Origin: a virus
Virus record (IMG/VR): IMGVR_UViG_3300032272_000002
Coordinates: 64,001-128,000 of that record
Reading direction: 5' to 3' (one strand)
Length of the DNA: 64,000 bases
This document shows, one piece after another, positions 56,885 to 64,000 of the stretch (position 1 is its first letter; each line of letters begins with the position of its first letter). The notes under the pieces are model-generated. The model ran no database searches and had not been told where the DNA came from. It was given only the letters and a program-made list of their open reading frames with translations. Made by a program: the position numbers and the translations under genes.

Positions 56885-57849
56885 GGGTTAGGCTTAAAGG
56901 CTTTTTGCCACTTAGATGCACAGACTCCGGTGTCACATAGCGAGCGGCATTTCCATGCCCACCGTTTCTCGAAATCACTATTGTCCTGGACAATTCGAGT
57001 GATCCAATCTGTGCTCTCGATCTCATTAATCTTATCACAAACGTACGCCTCGGTCTCAGCGTCCTCTTCTGCCGTGAAGGCTAGGGTGATGGGACTCTTG
57101 GTAAAGTAGTCGAACGTCAATAGAACGTTCTTGTACTTATATCCTTTGTTATTGATATCTTCGATGAATTCCTTACGGGCGGCGAGCGAGTACATCTTAA
57201 TCTGAATGTCTTCTCGACACTCTTCGTATGTCTGTGTCCACTTGCCAGTCTTGTAATCATAAATCCTAATGGTGTCCTCATCCTCTTCGATGACGAGATC
57301 CATAATGCCAATCATGGGCACGTCCGTACCGACGACAGGTAGTCGATACGCATACTCAGCTCCAGCGATTCTGCCCTGGTCATCGCGTAAAATCTTATCC
57401 CAGGCGTCTGCATAATTGTCAATGACGGTTTCCAACATAGTGATAGAACTGTCAAATAACATTCTCGCACAACCAGACAGGTTGTCAAGCGGCTCCTTGG
57501 AAATAATACAATCATTTTCACCCTTGTAGCAACACGAGTCGCATTGGGGCTTCTGATTGTGGAATTCCTGTGGCTTAGCCCATCTAAGTGGTGACTCCAT
57601 GATGGTTGGTTTGCCGTAACGATCAAACGTCTCCAGCGTGCCAGCATAGCCGCGATACAAACGATCCATCCAGTCTGGATCTGCACCGTTAGACTTAAAC
57701 TCTAAGATGTCATGGAGGAGAGAACCGTGTGCCGCACCCCAGTTGGACTTAAGCTCTACCTCTGGCGAATGATATGTAAGCCAGTACTTGAACTTACACA
57801 TGTCAAAGGTCTTAATGCGACTAGGTGAAATTGATTTTAATTTTAGCAT
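56881..57849 (-). CDS. PD-(D/E)xK RecB/Cas4-like exonuclease
   Basis: ISPSRI..F.MC, G...H, GIMDL, DYKTG, QIKMY, C-terminal C...C...C. Confidence 0.88.
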   Translation of the reverse strand: MLKLKSISPSRIKTFDMCKFKYWLTYHSPEVELKSNWGAAHGSLLHDILEFKSNGADPDWMDRLYRGYAGTLETFDRYGKPTIMESPLRWAKPQEFHNQKPQCDSCCYKGENDCIISKEPLDNLSGCARMLFDSSITMLETVIDNYADAWDKILRDDQGRIAGAEYAYRLPVVGTDVPMIGIMDLVIEEDEDTIRIYDYKTGKWTQTYEECREDIQIKMYSLAARKEFIEDINNKGYKYKNVLLTFDYFTKSPITLAFTAEEDAETEAYVCDKINEIESTDWITRIVQDNSDFEKRWAWKCRSLCDTGVCASKWQKAFKPNP

Positions 57850-58907
57850 GACTGAGAAAGGGGATGAAAAGTATCCCTGATCTCTTCTCCTTCCATGTCA
57901 CCTGGGTCAACCCCAAGGGGAAGCTCAACACGATGCAGTCGGAATAGATCACCAACTACTTTGTGAATTCGCTCCCAGGCGACTTCGCTTGATGTGGGTT
58001 TGTTAGGTTGTTTTCTAGGGTCATTGTCGTAAGCAACGTACAGGTCCGATACACCATGCTGAATCAGCAGGGATCGATGAGCGGGACCAAACGCAGTGCT
58101 TAGGGATGCAACCCAATTATAAATGCCATACATATCCAGCTTGAAGCCGTCAAGCGGACCTTCAACCAGAATCATGCGACCATGAGGACGCAAGAACGTC
58201 TTGGCATTATTGAGATTAAATAAGATAGAGCCCGTAAATAACGAGTCATCTTCCTTTGGCAGTCTGTCGAAGTAACGACCATGCAGCCATTTGTTATAGT
58301 CTAAGTCACGCTCCGCAAACCACTCCGGATCCCTGACAGTTCTCCCAGTAAAGCCCACGAGAAAGTTGTCTTGGTCTCTTACTGGAATAACTACTCTATC
58401 GTGCATATAGCTACCAACGCGGTTCCAAGACCCAACATTGAATTTGTCCAATACTTCTGGGCTGTATCCACGGTTCAATAGGTACTGTGGGTGCTTCTTC
58501 AAGAAGCGTAAACGGGTTTCATCAAGGGGCTCATGAACATGAATGGCACCAGGCTTGCGGCGAACCGGGGACGGAAGATTGTCCACGTCAATATCGTCGC
58601 CTAAGACTTTTGCAAGCCAGCGAACAGCACTTGGAAAATCACACTCAAGAACACTGCGAACCAGACCAAAGATGTCGTTACCAAATTGATCTTGACAGTG
58701 GTGAGTCCAGCACATCCAATAACCAATGTCCATACGCCAGCTAAAAGCCGTGGCGTTATCACCGTCGCCACCGTGCTGCTTACACGGACATAGTGCCTGA
58801 ATAAGATTGCCTCGATCATTATATGTAACGCCCAACTTGTCTAACACCAGAGTAATCTGGCGATTTGCATTGAGGCGTAACTGATCTTTATTAGTCGTCG
58901 TCGTCAT
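57843..58907 (-). CDS. DnaG-like primase
   Basis: N-terminal Zn domain CPC..H...CWTHHC; GFTGR; TOPRIM LVEGPLD and YDND. Confidence 0.9.
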   Translation of the reverse strand: MTTTTNKDQLRLNANRQITLVLDKLGVTYNDRGNLIQALCPCKQHGGDGDNATAFSWRMDIGYWMCWTHHCQDQFGNDIFGLVRSVLECDFPSAVRWLAKVLGDDIDVDNLPSPVRRKPGAIHVHEPLDETRLRFLKKHPQYLLNRGYSPEVLDKFNVGSWNRVGSYMHDRVVIPVRDQDNFLVGFTGRTVRDPEWFAERDLDYNKWLHGRYFDRLPKEDDSLFTGSILFNLNNAKTFLRPHGRMILVEGPLDGFKLDMYGIYNWVASLSTAFGPAHRSLLIQHGVSDLYVAYDNDPRKQPNKPTSSEVAWERIHKVVGDLFRLHRVELPLGVDPGDMEGEEIRDTFHPLSQSC

Positions 58908-60372
58908 TCTTTTTATACTTTGCTTTACGCTGTTGTTCTTGGCGACGATTACGCTCTTCATCAAAGTCTACCGCACCAATACCTAGTTCAGTAAACTTAC
59001 CGCACGATAGGTCGGCGTTGAAGTTGATGTATCCATTCGTAGTGCCCTTGCCATATCGAGCAGCAAATACATTCACGAGGTGTGTGCCATTGGCATCCAT
59101 GGAACGCTCCTCTTCACTCTTGCACTTTAGATATGTGATAGAGGTAACGTTCTCGCTGATTCTCTTGCCCCCAGCAACACAACCGATGCCGCTATCGATC
59201 TGCTGGTTGGTTTGTCCGAATGCGATGATGGGGATGTTATACTTGGTAGCAAGGTCGTGCAACGCCGCCACGTTCAGGCCGTGGGCCTGCCATTCAGCCA
59301 CGCCACCCTTGATCTCATCTCTACTTGCCAGCTTCAGATAATCATAAACAACTAAGCACTGAGGCATCTTGCTGTTGCGATCAGGCTTAACTCTCGTAAG
59401 AAGCCAGCGACGGACGTGAGGGATAACCTCTTGAACCGACATGCCAGAGATAGACACGTACTCGATAGGTAGATTTTCTACTACCTGCCAAAAGTGATCG
59501 TCCCTCATGCGATTACTATAAAGAGTAATTCGATCCAGTTCATCTTGATCTGTGATCCCCTCTTTGCGTAGCTGGTCATTGGTCATCTTCCAATAGCCAG
59601 TTTCAATGATATCATAAGGAACTTCGGCAAGCTGTGCTACGGCTCGAATCATTTGATCCTGCTTATTCAGCTCGCTATCTAGAATGAGCACGGGTAGGTT
59701 GAGCTTATGTGCGGCGATCAAGCCAGCCCTCAGGCCGAACTGACTCTTGCCAGACTTGGTAGTACCCACGAAGAAGGAGACAGAGCCATTACGGAATTGA
59801 CCAATGCGACTCTGTAATACAGGGAAGCCCAGGTCCAATCCAACGTGTCCAGGGTCATCAGCAATTGACTCCACCTTAGCACGGGCATCCTCCAGCAAGT
59901 ACTTGATAGAGTGCTCACCCTTGTCGAGCATACTGACGCGACCAACAACAAGGTCTTCTACCTTGCCAATCATCTTCGATAGCGGATCAGATGTGTTTCT
60001 AAGATATTGTCTTACATCTTCTGTAGCCTGGATGTAGTCAGACATGAGCGACTGGCGTTTGACTTCAATGAAGTGTTCTGCAAGCTCGTGCTCGTTGACT
60101 TGTTCCTGGAAAAGCTCATCTAGCCAATCACCGTTACGTACTTGGGCAAGGTAGTTAGGATAGCCTAGGCTCTTGGCGGAAGACACCAGCTTAGCTTTAC
60201 TGATATTCTGAGCACCCTGGTTAATCATCAAATGATGAAGTGCCAACCATGTCATCTGAGCACCGTCAGACGAAAAGTGATCCTCATCTAAATACTGACA
60301 GTATTCAAAAAAGGAATCGGGATGTCGCAACATCCCTGCCAGCAGAAGTTTTTCAGCAGCATTATTCGACAT
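58891..60372 (-). CDS. dnaB: DnaB-like replicative helicase
   Basis: Walker A GTTKSGKS, DSE, VYDYLKL, Q.N, RYG. Confidence 0.88.
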   Translation of the reverse strand: MSNNAAEKLLLAGMLRHPDSFFEYCQYLDEDHFSSDGAQMTWLALHHLMINQGAQNISKAKLVSSAKSLGYPNYLAQVRNGDWLDELFQEQVNEHELAEHFIEVKRQSLMSDYIQATEDVRQYLRNTSDPLSKMIGKVEDLVVGRVSMLDKGEHSIKYLLEDARAKVESIADDPGHVGLDLGFPVLQSRIGQFRNGSVSFFVGTTKSGKSQFGLRAGLIAAHKLNLPVLILDSELNKQDQMIRAVAQLAEVPYDIIETGYWKMTNDQLRKEGITDQDELDRITLYSNRMRDDHFWQVVENLPIEYVSISGMSVQEVIPHVRRWLLTRVKPDRNSKMPQCLVVYDYLKLASRDEIKGGVAEWQAHGLNVAALHDLATKYNIPIIAFGQTNQQIDSGIGCVAGGKRISENVTSITYLKCKSEEERSMDANGTHLVNVFAARYGKGTTNGYINFNADLSCGKFTELGIGAVDFDEERNRRQEQQRKAKYKKNDDDD

Positions 60373-60781
60373 CGCGAGTCTCCTGAATAAGCTCCATAAG
60401 TTCAGTCGATGATAAGTTACTGTCTCGTACTTCGATTAATGTAATGTCGTTCAATTCGCACCATTCGCGTTTTTTGCTGTCTCGAATAAGTTGACGCTCA
60501 AAGCCGTCTTTGTCGCCATGAAAATGTTCAACGTACTTGTCGTGCTGTATGCCCTGAAACTCAAAAGCTAATCCATGCTGTGGCATATAAAAGTCTAAAG
60601 ACAACCTGCTATCTGGGATGGGAAATTCTTCCAAGAGGGTTGCGGGGCCATACAGTTGTTTGATTTGTCTACCAAGATTGAACTGACCAAACGACCTAGA
60701 CTTGTCTCTAGATCTCACAGGATACCGTGAAGGCACAATATCCATACGCACCTCGCGGTTACTCAGGGTCAGAAATTTCAT
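60362..60781 (-). CDS. Vsr/DUF559-like endonuclease
   Basis: EEFPI, LDFY, AFEFQGIQH, RD..K..WC..N.I.LIEV. Confidence 0.8.
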   Translation of the reverse strand: MKFLTLSNREVRMDIVPSRYPVRSRDKSRSFGQFNLGRQIKQLYGPATLLEEFPIPDSRLSLDFYMPQHGLAFEFQGIQHDKYVEHFHGDKDGFERQLIRDSKKREWCELNDITLIEVRDSNLSSTELMELIQETRDVE

Positions 60782-61937
60782 CTAAGAAGTTGTCCACGGC
60801 ATGGTGGCCGGGATTTAGTGTTTTTTCGTACATGTCTGCCAGCTTAAGTAATAGTCGCTGATCTAAGATCAGCCTCCTGGCTGCATCGTACTGCTTCATA
60901 GCAATGGTGACAGGTTCGCCTTTCTCGTCAACCGCAAACTCGCCAGTATCGATATCGACAGTCGGCAGTAAAACTTGCTTACCGCCCCGGCCACCAAATC
61001 TTAAGACGCCAAGACCAAGACAGCGAGATACTAGTTCACGCTCACGGAAAATTCCATTCTTGAGAAGAATATGGAACTCACCTTCGTTACCGTCAGGAGC
61101 CAGCTTGTTTTTGACAATCTTATATCTGATAATGACACCAACCTTTTCGCCATCAGTGTCTTTGATTACATCATCTTTACGCGGCTTGTTGAGCTGAATA
61201 CGTTGTGAAGCATAGTACTTCATTGCCAGTCCACCAGGCGTATCATTCGGGTCGCCGTACATCGTAATCTTCTGACGAATTTGATTGACAAAAATGAGAG
61301 CCACCTTGTTGTCCTCGGCGTCTGCCACGAGCTTACGCATGGCATCAGACATGAGCTTCGCCAGGTTACCAACCTTTGCCGTGCCAATCTCTCCAGACAA
61401 TACGGCCTCGGGTTGGGCGGCATCAATCGAGTCAAGAGCTGCTACACCATTCGGAACCATCTGTGCAAACCGACGCATAGCCTCAAGCCCTTGTTCGCCA
61501 GTGCGAGCATTCACAATCCAGAGAGGACATGCGGAATGAGGCTCAGGCTTACCCGCTGCTTTGGCTTTCATATTCTCAACCGCCTCTTCCAAGAATGGAC
61601 GAAGAGGGCGGACAGTACGCATCAAAGAAAGGTTAAGGTTCTTTTCCATATTAACATATAGACAAGTCTTGCCTCTGATTAATGCTTGACCAATAATCTC
61701 CAGAATCAAAGTGGTCTTGCAGGTTCCTTCTGCTCCAAATACTTCTGTGATACGCCCCTCCGCAAAGGGAGTGACGAGATCATAGTCGAGATTATAGGAA
61801 CCGCAGTAATTAGGTAGGGGATCTTCGATGTCACCCGCCGACATCACCCGCACTCCATCCTGTTCCATCTCCTGCTTGAAGAACTTAAAATCTGCCACTA
61901 CCGGCTCATCATCTGTCTTTTTCTTACGCTTGGCCAT
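60759..61937 (-). CDS. recA: RecA/UvsX-like recombinase
   Basis: GRITEVFG..KTT, LDSI, FVNQIR, PGG.A.KYYAS.R, KNKLAP. Confidence 0.92.
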   Translation of the reverse strand: MAKRKKKTDDEPVVADFKFFKQEMEQDGVRVMSAGDIEDPLPNYCGSYNLDYDLVTPFAEGRITEVFGAEGTCKTTLILEIIGQALIRGKTCLYVNMEKNLNLSLMRTVRPLRPFLEEAVENMKAKAAGKPEPHSACPLWIVNARTGEQGLEAMRRFAQMVPNGVAALDSIDAAQPEAVLSGEIGTAKVGNLAKLMSDAMRKLVADAEDNKVALIFVNQIRQKITMYGDPNDTPGGLAMKYYASQRIQLNKPRKDDVIKDTDGEKVGVIIRYKIVKNKLAPDGNEGEFHILLKNGIFRERELVSRCLGLGVLRFGGRGGKQVLLPTVDIDTGEFAVDEKGEPVTIAMKQYDAARRLILDQRLLLKLADMYEKTLNPGHHAVDNFLDEISDPE

Positions 61938-62364
61938 TTTCTAACTCCTTCAAAAAATCTACTAGGCTCTTGGGTTTCTGTGTCTTGTACCCAGCTACAT
62001 CGACACCAGTGGTTTGCAATGATTTACGACGCTCGTCATACATCCTGACCAAATCATCAAGGTCGTGGCGACGTAGGAGCTTCTTCGCCACGACCGCCAT
62101 CTTCCCGAACTCCATCCCTCGGATGGTCACGGGGCGGCATTTATAAATATAAAATGCCAATTGGTCGGCATCAATCTCAAAGTCCCGCATCAGCTTCTTG
62201 ATACACGCCACCATCTGGCCCCACTCTCGCCCCGTAGCTTTTCCCTTCCAGGGATGATCTCCTAGCTGTAGGTTCTTATTTAGCCAGATGAGTTCAGTGA
62301 GCATATTTGCAGCGTCATGCAGAACTCCCGAGGAAGTGATAGAAGGATATAACATCTCATCCAT
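61924..62364 (-). CDS. hypothetical protein
   Basis: GGAG SD before ATG 62364. Confidence 0.7.
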   Translation of the reverse strand: MDEMLYPSITSSGVLHDAANMLTELIWLNKNLQLGDHPWKGKATGREWGQMVACIKKLMRDFEIDADQLAFYIYKCRPVTIRGMEFGKMAVVAKKLLRRHDLDDLVRMYDERRKSLQTTGVDVAGYKTQKPKSLVDFLKELENGQA

Positions 62365-62803
62365 TGTGTTCGTCTCCCTTGTTAATGATGGCGGCCTGGT
62401 CCTCAGGATCGAACTCGCGGACTTCCTGGTTGATGTTCCCATTGTCGTCAACCCAGATGATGGTTACTTCTTCGTCTTTAATAAAACCAATGCCTCGCCA
62501 AAAGGTTTCACCTATTGCACCGCCGAACCACGCTCCCATCTTAGAACTCTGCCAGTAACCATCGATCTGTACTCGGCCATCGTCTGCCTTATAAGCGAGG
62601 AGCTTGACGAACTTGCCGTAGGCTTCTAATCGTAGATTGGTGATCTGTAAATTATGAATCTCTACATAATCCTGCAATCTTCGCCAGGCTGGCTTGAGCT
62701 TGGGGGTCTTGTCTTCGAATACTGTGCTGCCATCGGACAAAGAGGCGATCCAGCGGTTGCCCTTAAGGACGTGTGGGTGTCTTGAATTAAATGCTAAAGT
62801 CAT
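62357..62803 (-). CDS. hypothetical protein
   Basis: W.ASLSDG...E......AW.RL..Y pattern; first gene of the replication operon. Confidence 0.75.
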   Translation of the reverse strand: MTLAFNSRHPHVLKGNRWIASLSDGSTVFEDKTPKLKPAWRRLQDYVEIHNLQITNLRLEAYGKFVKLLAYKADDGRVQIDGYWQSSKMGAWFGGAIGETFWRGIGFIKDEEVTIIWVDDNGNINQEVREFDPEDQAAIINKGDEHNG

Positions 62804-62857
62804 GGCGTTCTACAGTGTGACGGTAGAATGGTGTCATGACAGGGCCTCGTGTCAAAC

Positions 62858-62893
62858 AAAAAGGGCGACATTCTTTGACAGAACATCGCCCCT
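62858..62893 (-). terminator. intrinsic terminator
   Basis: GGGCGATGTTCT-GTCAA-AGAATGTCGCCC-TTTTTGTTT on the minus strand. Confidence 0.85.
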
Positions 62894-62912
62894 TATTTTC
62901 TAATAAATCGGC

Positions 62913-63587
62913 TTACAGGAACTCAAGCTGGAGATAGTAGGCAAAGTTAATCTTACGCCCCGCCGCACCAGGAGTAGCACTGAGGATTAAGTGATAATCG
63001 TGTACGTGTGCTTCGGCAGCTTGGTCATCCAGTGCTAACTCGGCACCGCCGCTTGAAATTTCTGACCACGCAGTATTGCCAGTAAAGTTTTCAGTGTCCG
63101 CAAGCTGAGCGGCCTGTACTGTAATGCCTGTCGCAAGATCCGACACATCGAGCACGTTGTTGTTGGCGTCCAGATTAATAGCACGTAATACAGCCTGCTG
63201 GGTAATAACCGCAGTGCCATTGGGCTCTGTGAATCGTGCAAGTAGTGTGCCAGACTCAGAAGGAATGTTTTCTAGACCAGCAGAAAACGCAACGCCAGAT
63301 ACCTCTGCTAGAGCGGCACCCGTGAACTTTACGTTAATAAACGTCCCTAGGTCAGTGCCAAGCTCATCGGTACGGTGACTACGGTCTTGATATTGACCAA
63401 CAATTACTGGACTACTGGGAGCACCATTTGCACCGAAGAACCCAAGGCGGTTCGGCGTACCAGCGGCGGCGGCACTGTGAAGGTTTACGATCTCAAGAAC
63501 CGGAGTAGCACGGCCTCGGCCATATAGGGAGGCAATCGTGTCACCAACGGCTCCAGAGCCCGAGAAGAATCTAATTCCACTAACCAT
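62913..63587 (-). CDS. putative virion structural protein
   Basis: A/G/T-rich and SG-rich; has its own conserved upstream motif and terminator. Confidence 0.6.
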   Translation of the reverse strand: MVSGIRFFSGSGAVGDTIASLYGRGRATPVLEIVNLHSAAAAGTPNRLGFFGANGAPSSPVIVGQYQDRSHRTDELGTDLGTFINVKFTGAALAEVSGVAFSAGLENIPSESGTLLARFTEPNGTAVITQQAVLRAINLDANNNVLDVSDLATGITVQAAQLADTENFTGNTAWSEISSGGAELALDDQAAEAHVHDYHLILSATPGAAGRKINFAYYLQLEFL

Positions 63588-63669
63588 TATATTTTATTCC
63601 TTTTGAAGGAGGAGCTATCCGAGGAATACTACTCAATTCTAGCTATGGCTGAAATACCAACGCTCTAAA

Positions 63670-63680
63670 AAGTACACTAA
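63670..63680 (-). promoter_or_regulatory. motif variant TTAGTGTACTT
   Basis: variant of TTAGTGTATTC upstream of 62913-63587. Confidence 0.45.
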
Positions 63681-64000
63681 TCAATATCGTGGAGGATACC
63701 CTCCCATGGGAATTCCTCAGGGACACCACCGAATGGAATAGAGGGGGCAGAATGATTTCTGAATCTAGTGCCCTCTACAGCCTCCCAGAAGCTACCTCTC
63801 TCGATAATGCGGAAGAGCCACATGTCATCATCGGCTTGAAAGAACATCCATACACCATCTCTAACATGAGTCGAACCAGTCACTTCAAAGATTTGATGAA
63901 TAATAACCCTGGACGGTGCGATCTGTAGGAACTTTTCTAGACGTGTTGGTTTCGCAGAGTCATGGGTGAATTCACCAGCTTCGTCAGCAGGAGCAGATGG
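63677..64000 (-). CDS. hypothetical protein, 5'-truncated by the window edge
   Basis: the frame stays open from 64000 (PSAPADEAGEF...) to TAG 63677. Confidence 0.65.
   Translation of the reverse strand, partial: PSAPADEAGEFTHDSAKPTRLEKFLQIAPSRVIIHQIFEVTGSTHVRDGVWMFFQADDDMWLFRIIERGSFWEAVEGTRFRNHSAPSIPFGGVPEEFPWEGILHDID

Noticed and set aside
56881-57849. Cas4 as part of a CRISPR-Cas system
   Set aside because: No repeat-spacer array or other cas genes were seen; solo RecB/Cas4-like nucleases are common in phage replication modules.
24139-61937. Inteins or introns in nrdJ, dnaE, dnaB or recA
   Set aside because: Lengths are normal and no splice-junction or LAGLIDADG motifs were seen.
62825-62855. 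sigma70 promoter for the replication operon, and a similar one at 24107-24137
   Set aside because: TTGACA is present, but the best -10 boxes (CATTCT, TATGCT) are 19 nt away; plausible but too weak to call.
63588-63676. tRNA or ncRNA in the intergenic gaps, also 21098-21224 and 942-1035
   Set aside because: No cloverleaf or T-loop GTTC signature was found; promoter and terminator elements account for the gaps.
1-64000. Genome-wide stop-codon reassignment
   Set aside because: TGA, TAG and TAA all end full-length conserved genes under code 11; only one internal TGA was seen.
1-64000. Cellular chromosome with a capsule locus
   Set aside because: Virion-like genes, dNMP kinase, divergent DnaE/RecA/sigma factors, dense overlaps and the lack of transport or ribosomal genes point to a large phage.

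Overview
This window is a gene-dense 64 kb segment of a large tailed-phage (jumbo/huge-phage-like) genome. A + strand block (1-11953) encodes dNMP kinase, a DEDDh exonuclease, an SMC-like ATPase, a sigma factor, Map, Def, PhoH and a lipoprotein. It converges at a bidirectional terminator with a long - strand block. That block holds holin and tail-fibre/virion genes (12.0-21.1 kb), two secreted GG-x-x-N repeat proteins, nucleotide metabolism genes (ThyX, class II RNR, dUTPase), a ~20 kb glycan island (Gmd, Fcl, sulfotransferase, methyltransferases, ~11 glycosyltransferases), a second sigma factor, and a bacterial-type replisome (SSB, DnaE, ClpP-like, Cas4/RecB-like nuclease, primase, DnaB, RecA). 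No rRNA, tRNA or CRISPR array was seen. Four signals stand out. (1) Eight unrelated small proteins scattered over 48 kb all end in the same C-terminal peptide, (acidic)-F-x-[LI]-x-G-A-L-stop, with synonymous codon variation; this is a candidate undescribed targeting/docking tag system. (2) A zinc-ribbon gene is interrupted by an in-frame TGA followed by a SECIS-like hairpin, making it a candidate phage selenoprotein. (3) An intergenic motif TTAGTGTA(T/C)T recurs four times and is a candidate phage-sigma promoter. (4) Virion proteins show a strong Ser-Gly dipeptide bias and sit near the large glycosylation island. All calls come from motif recognition by eye; no searches were run.
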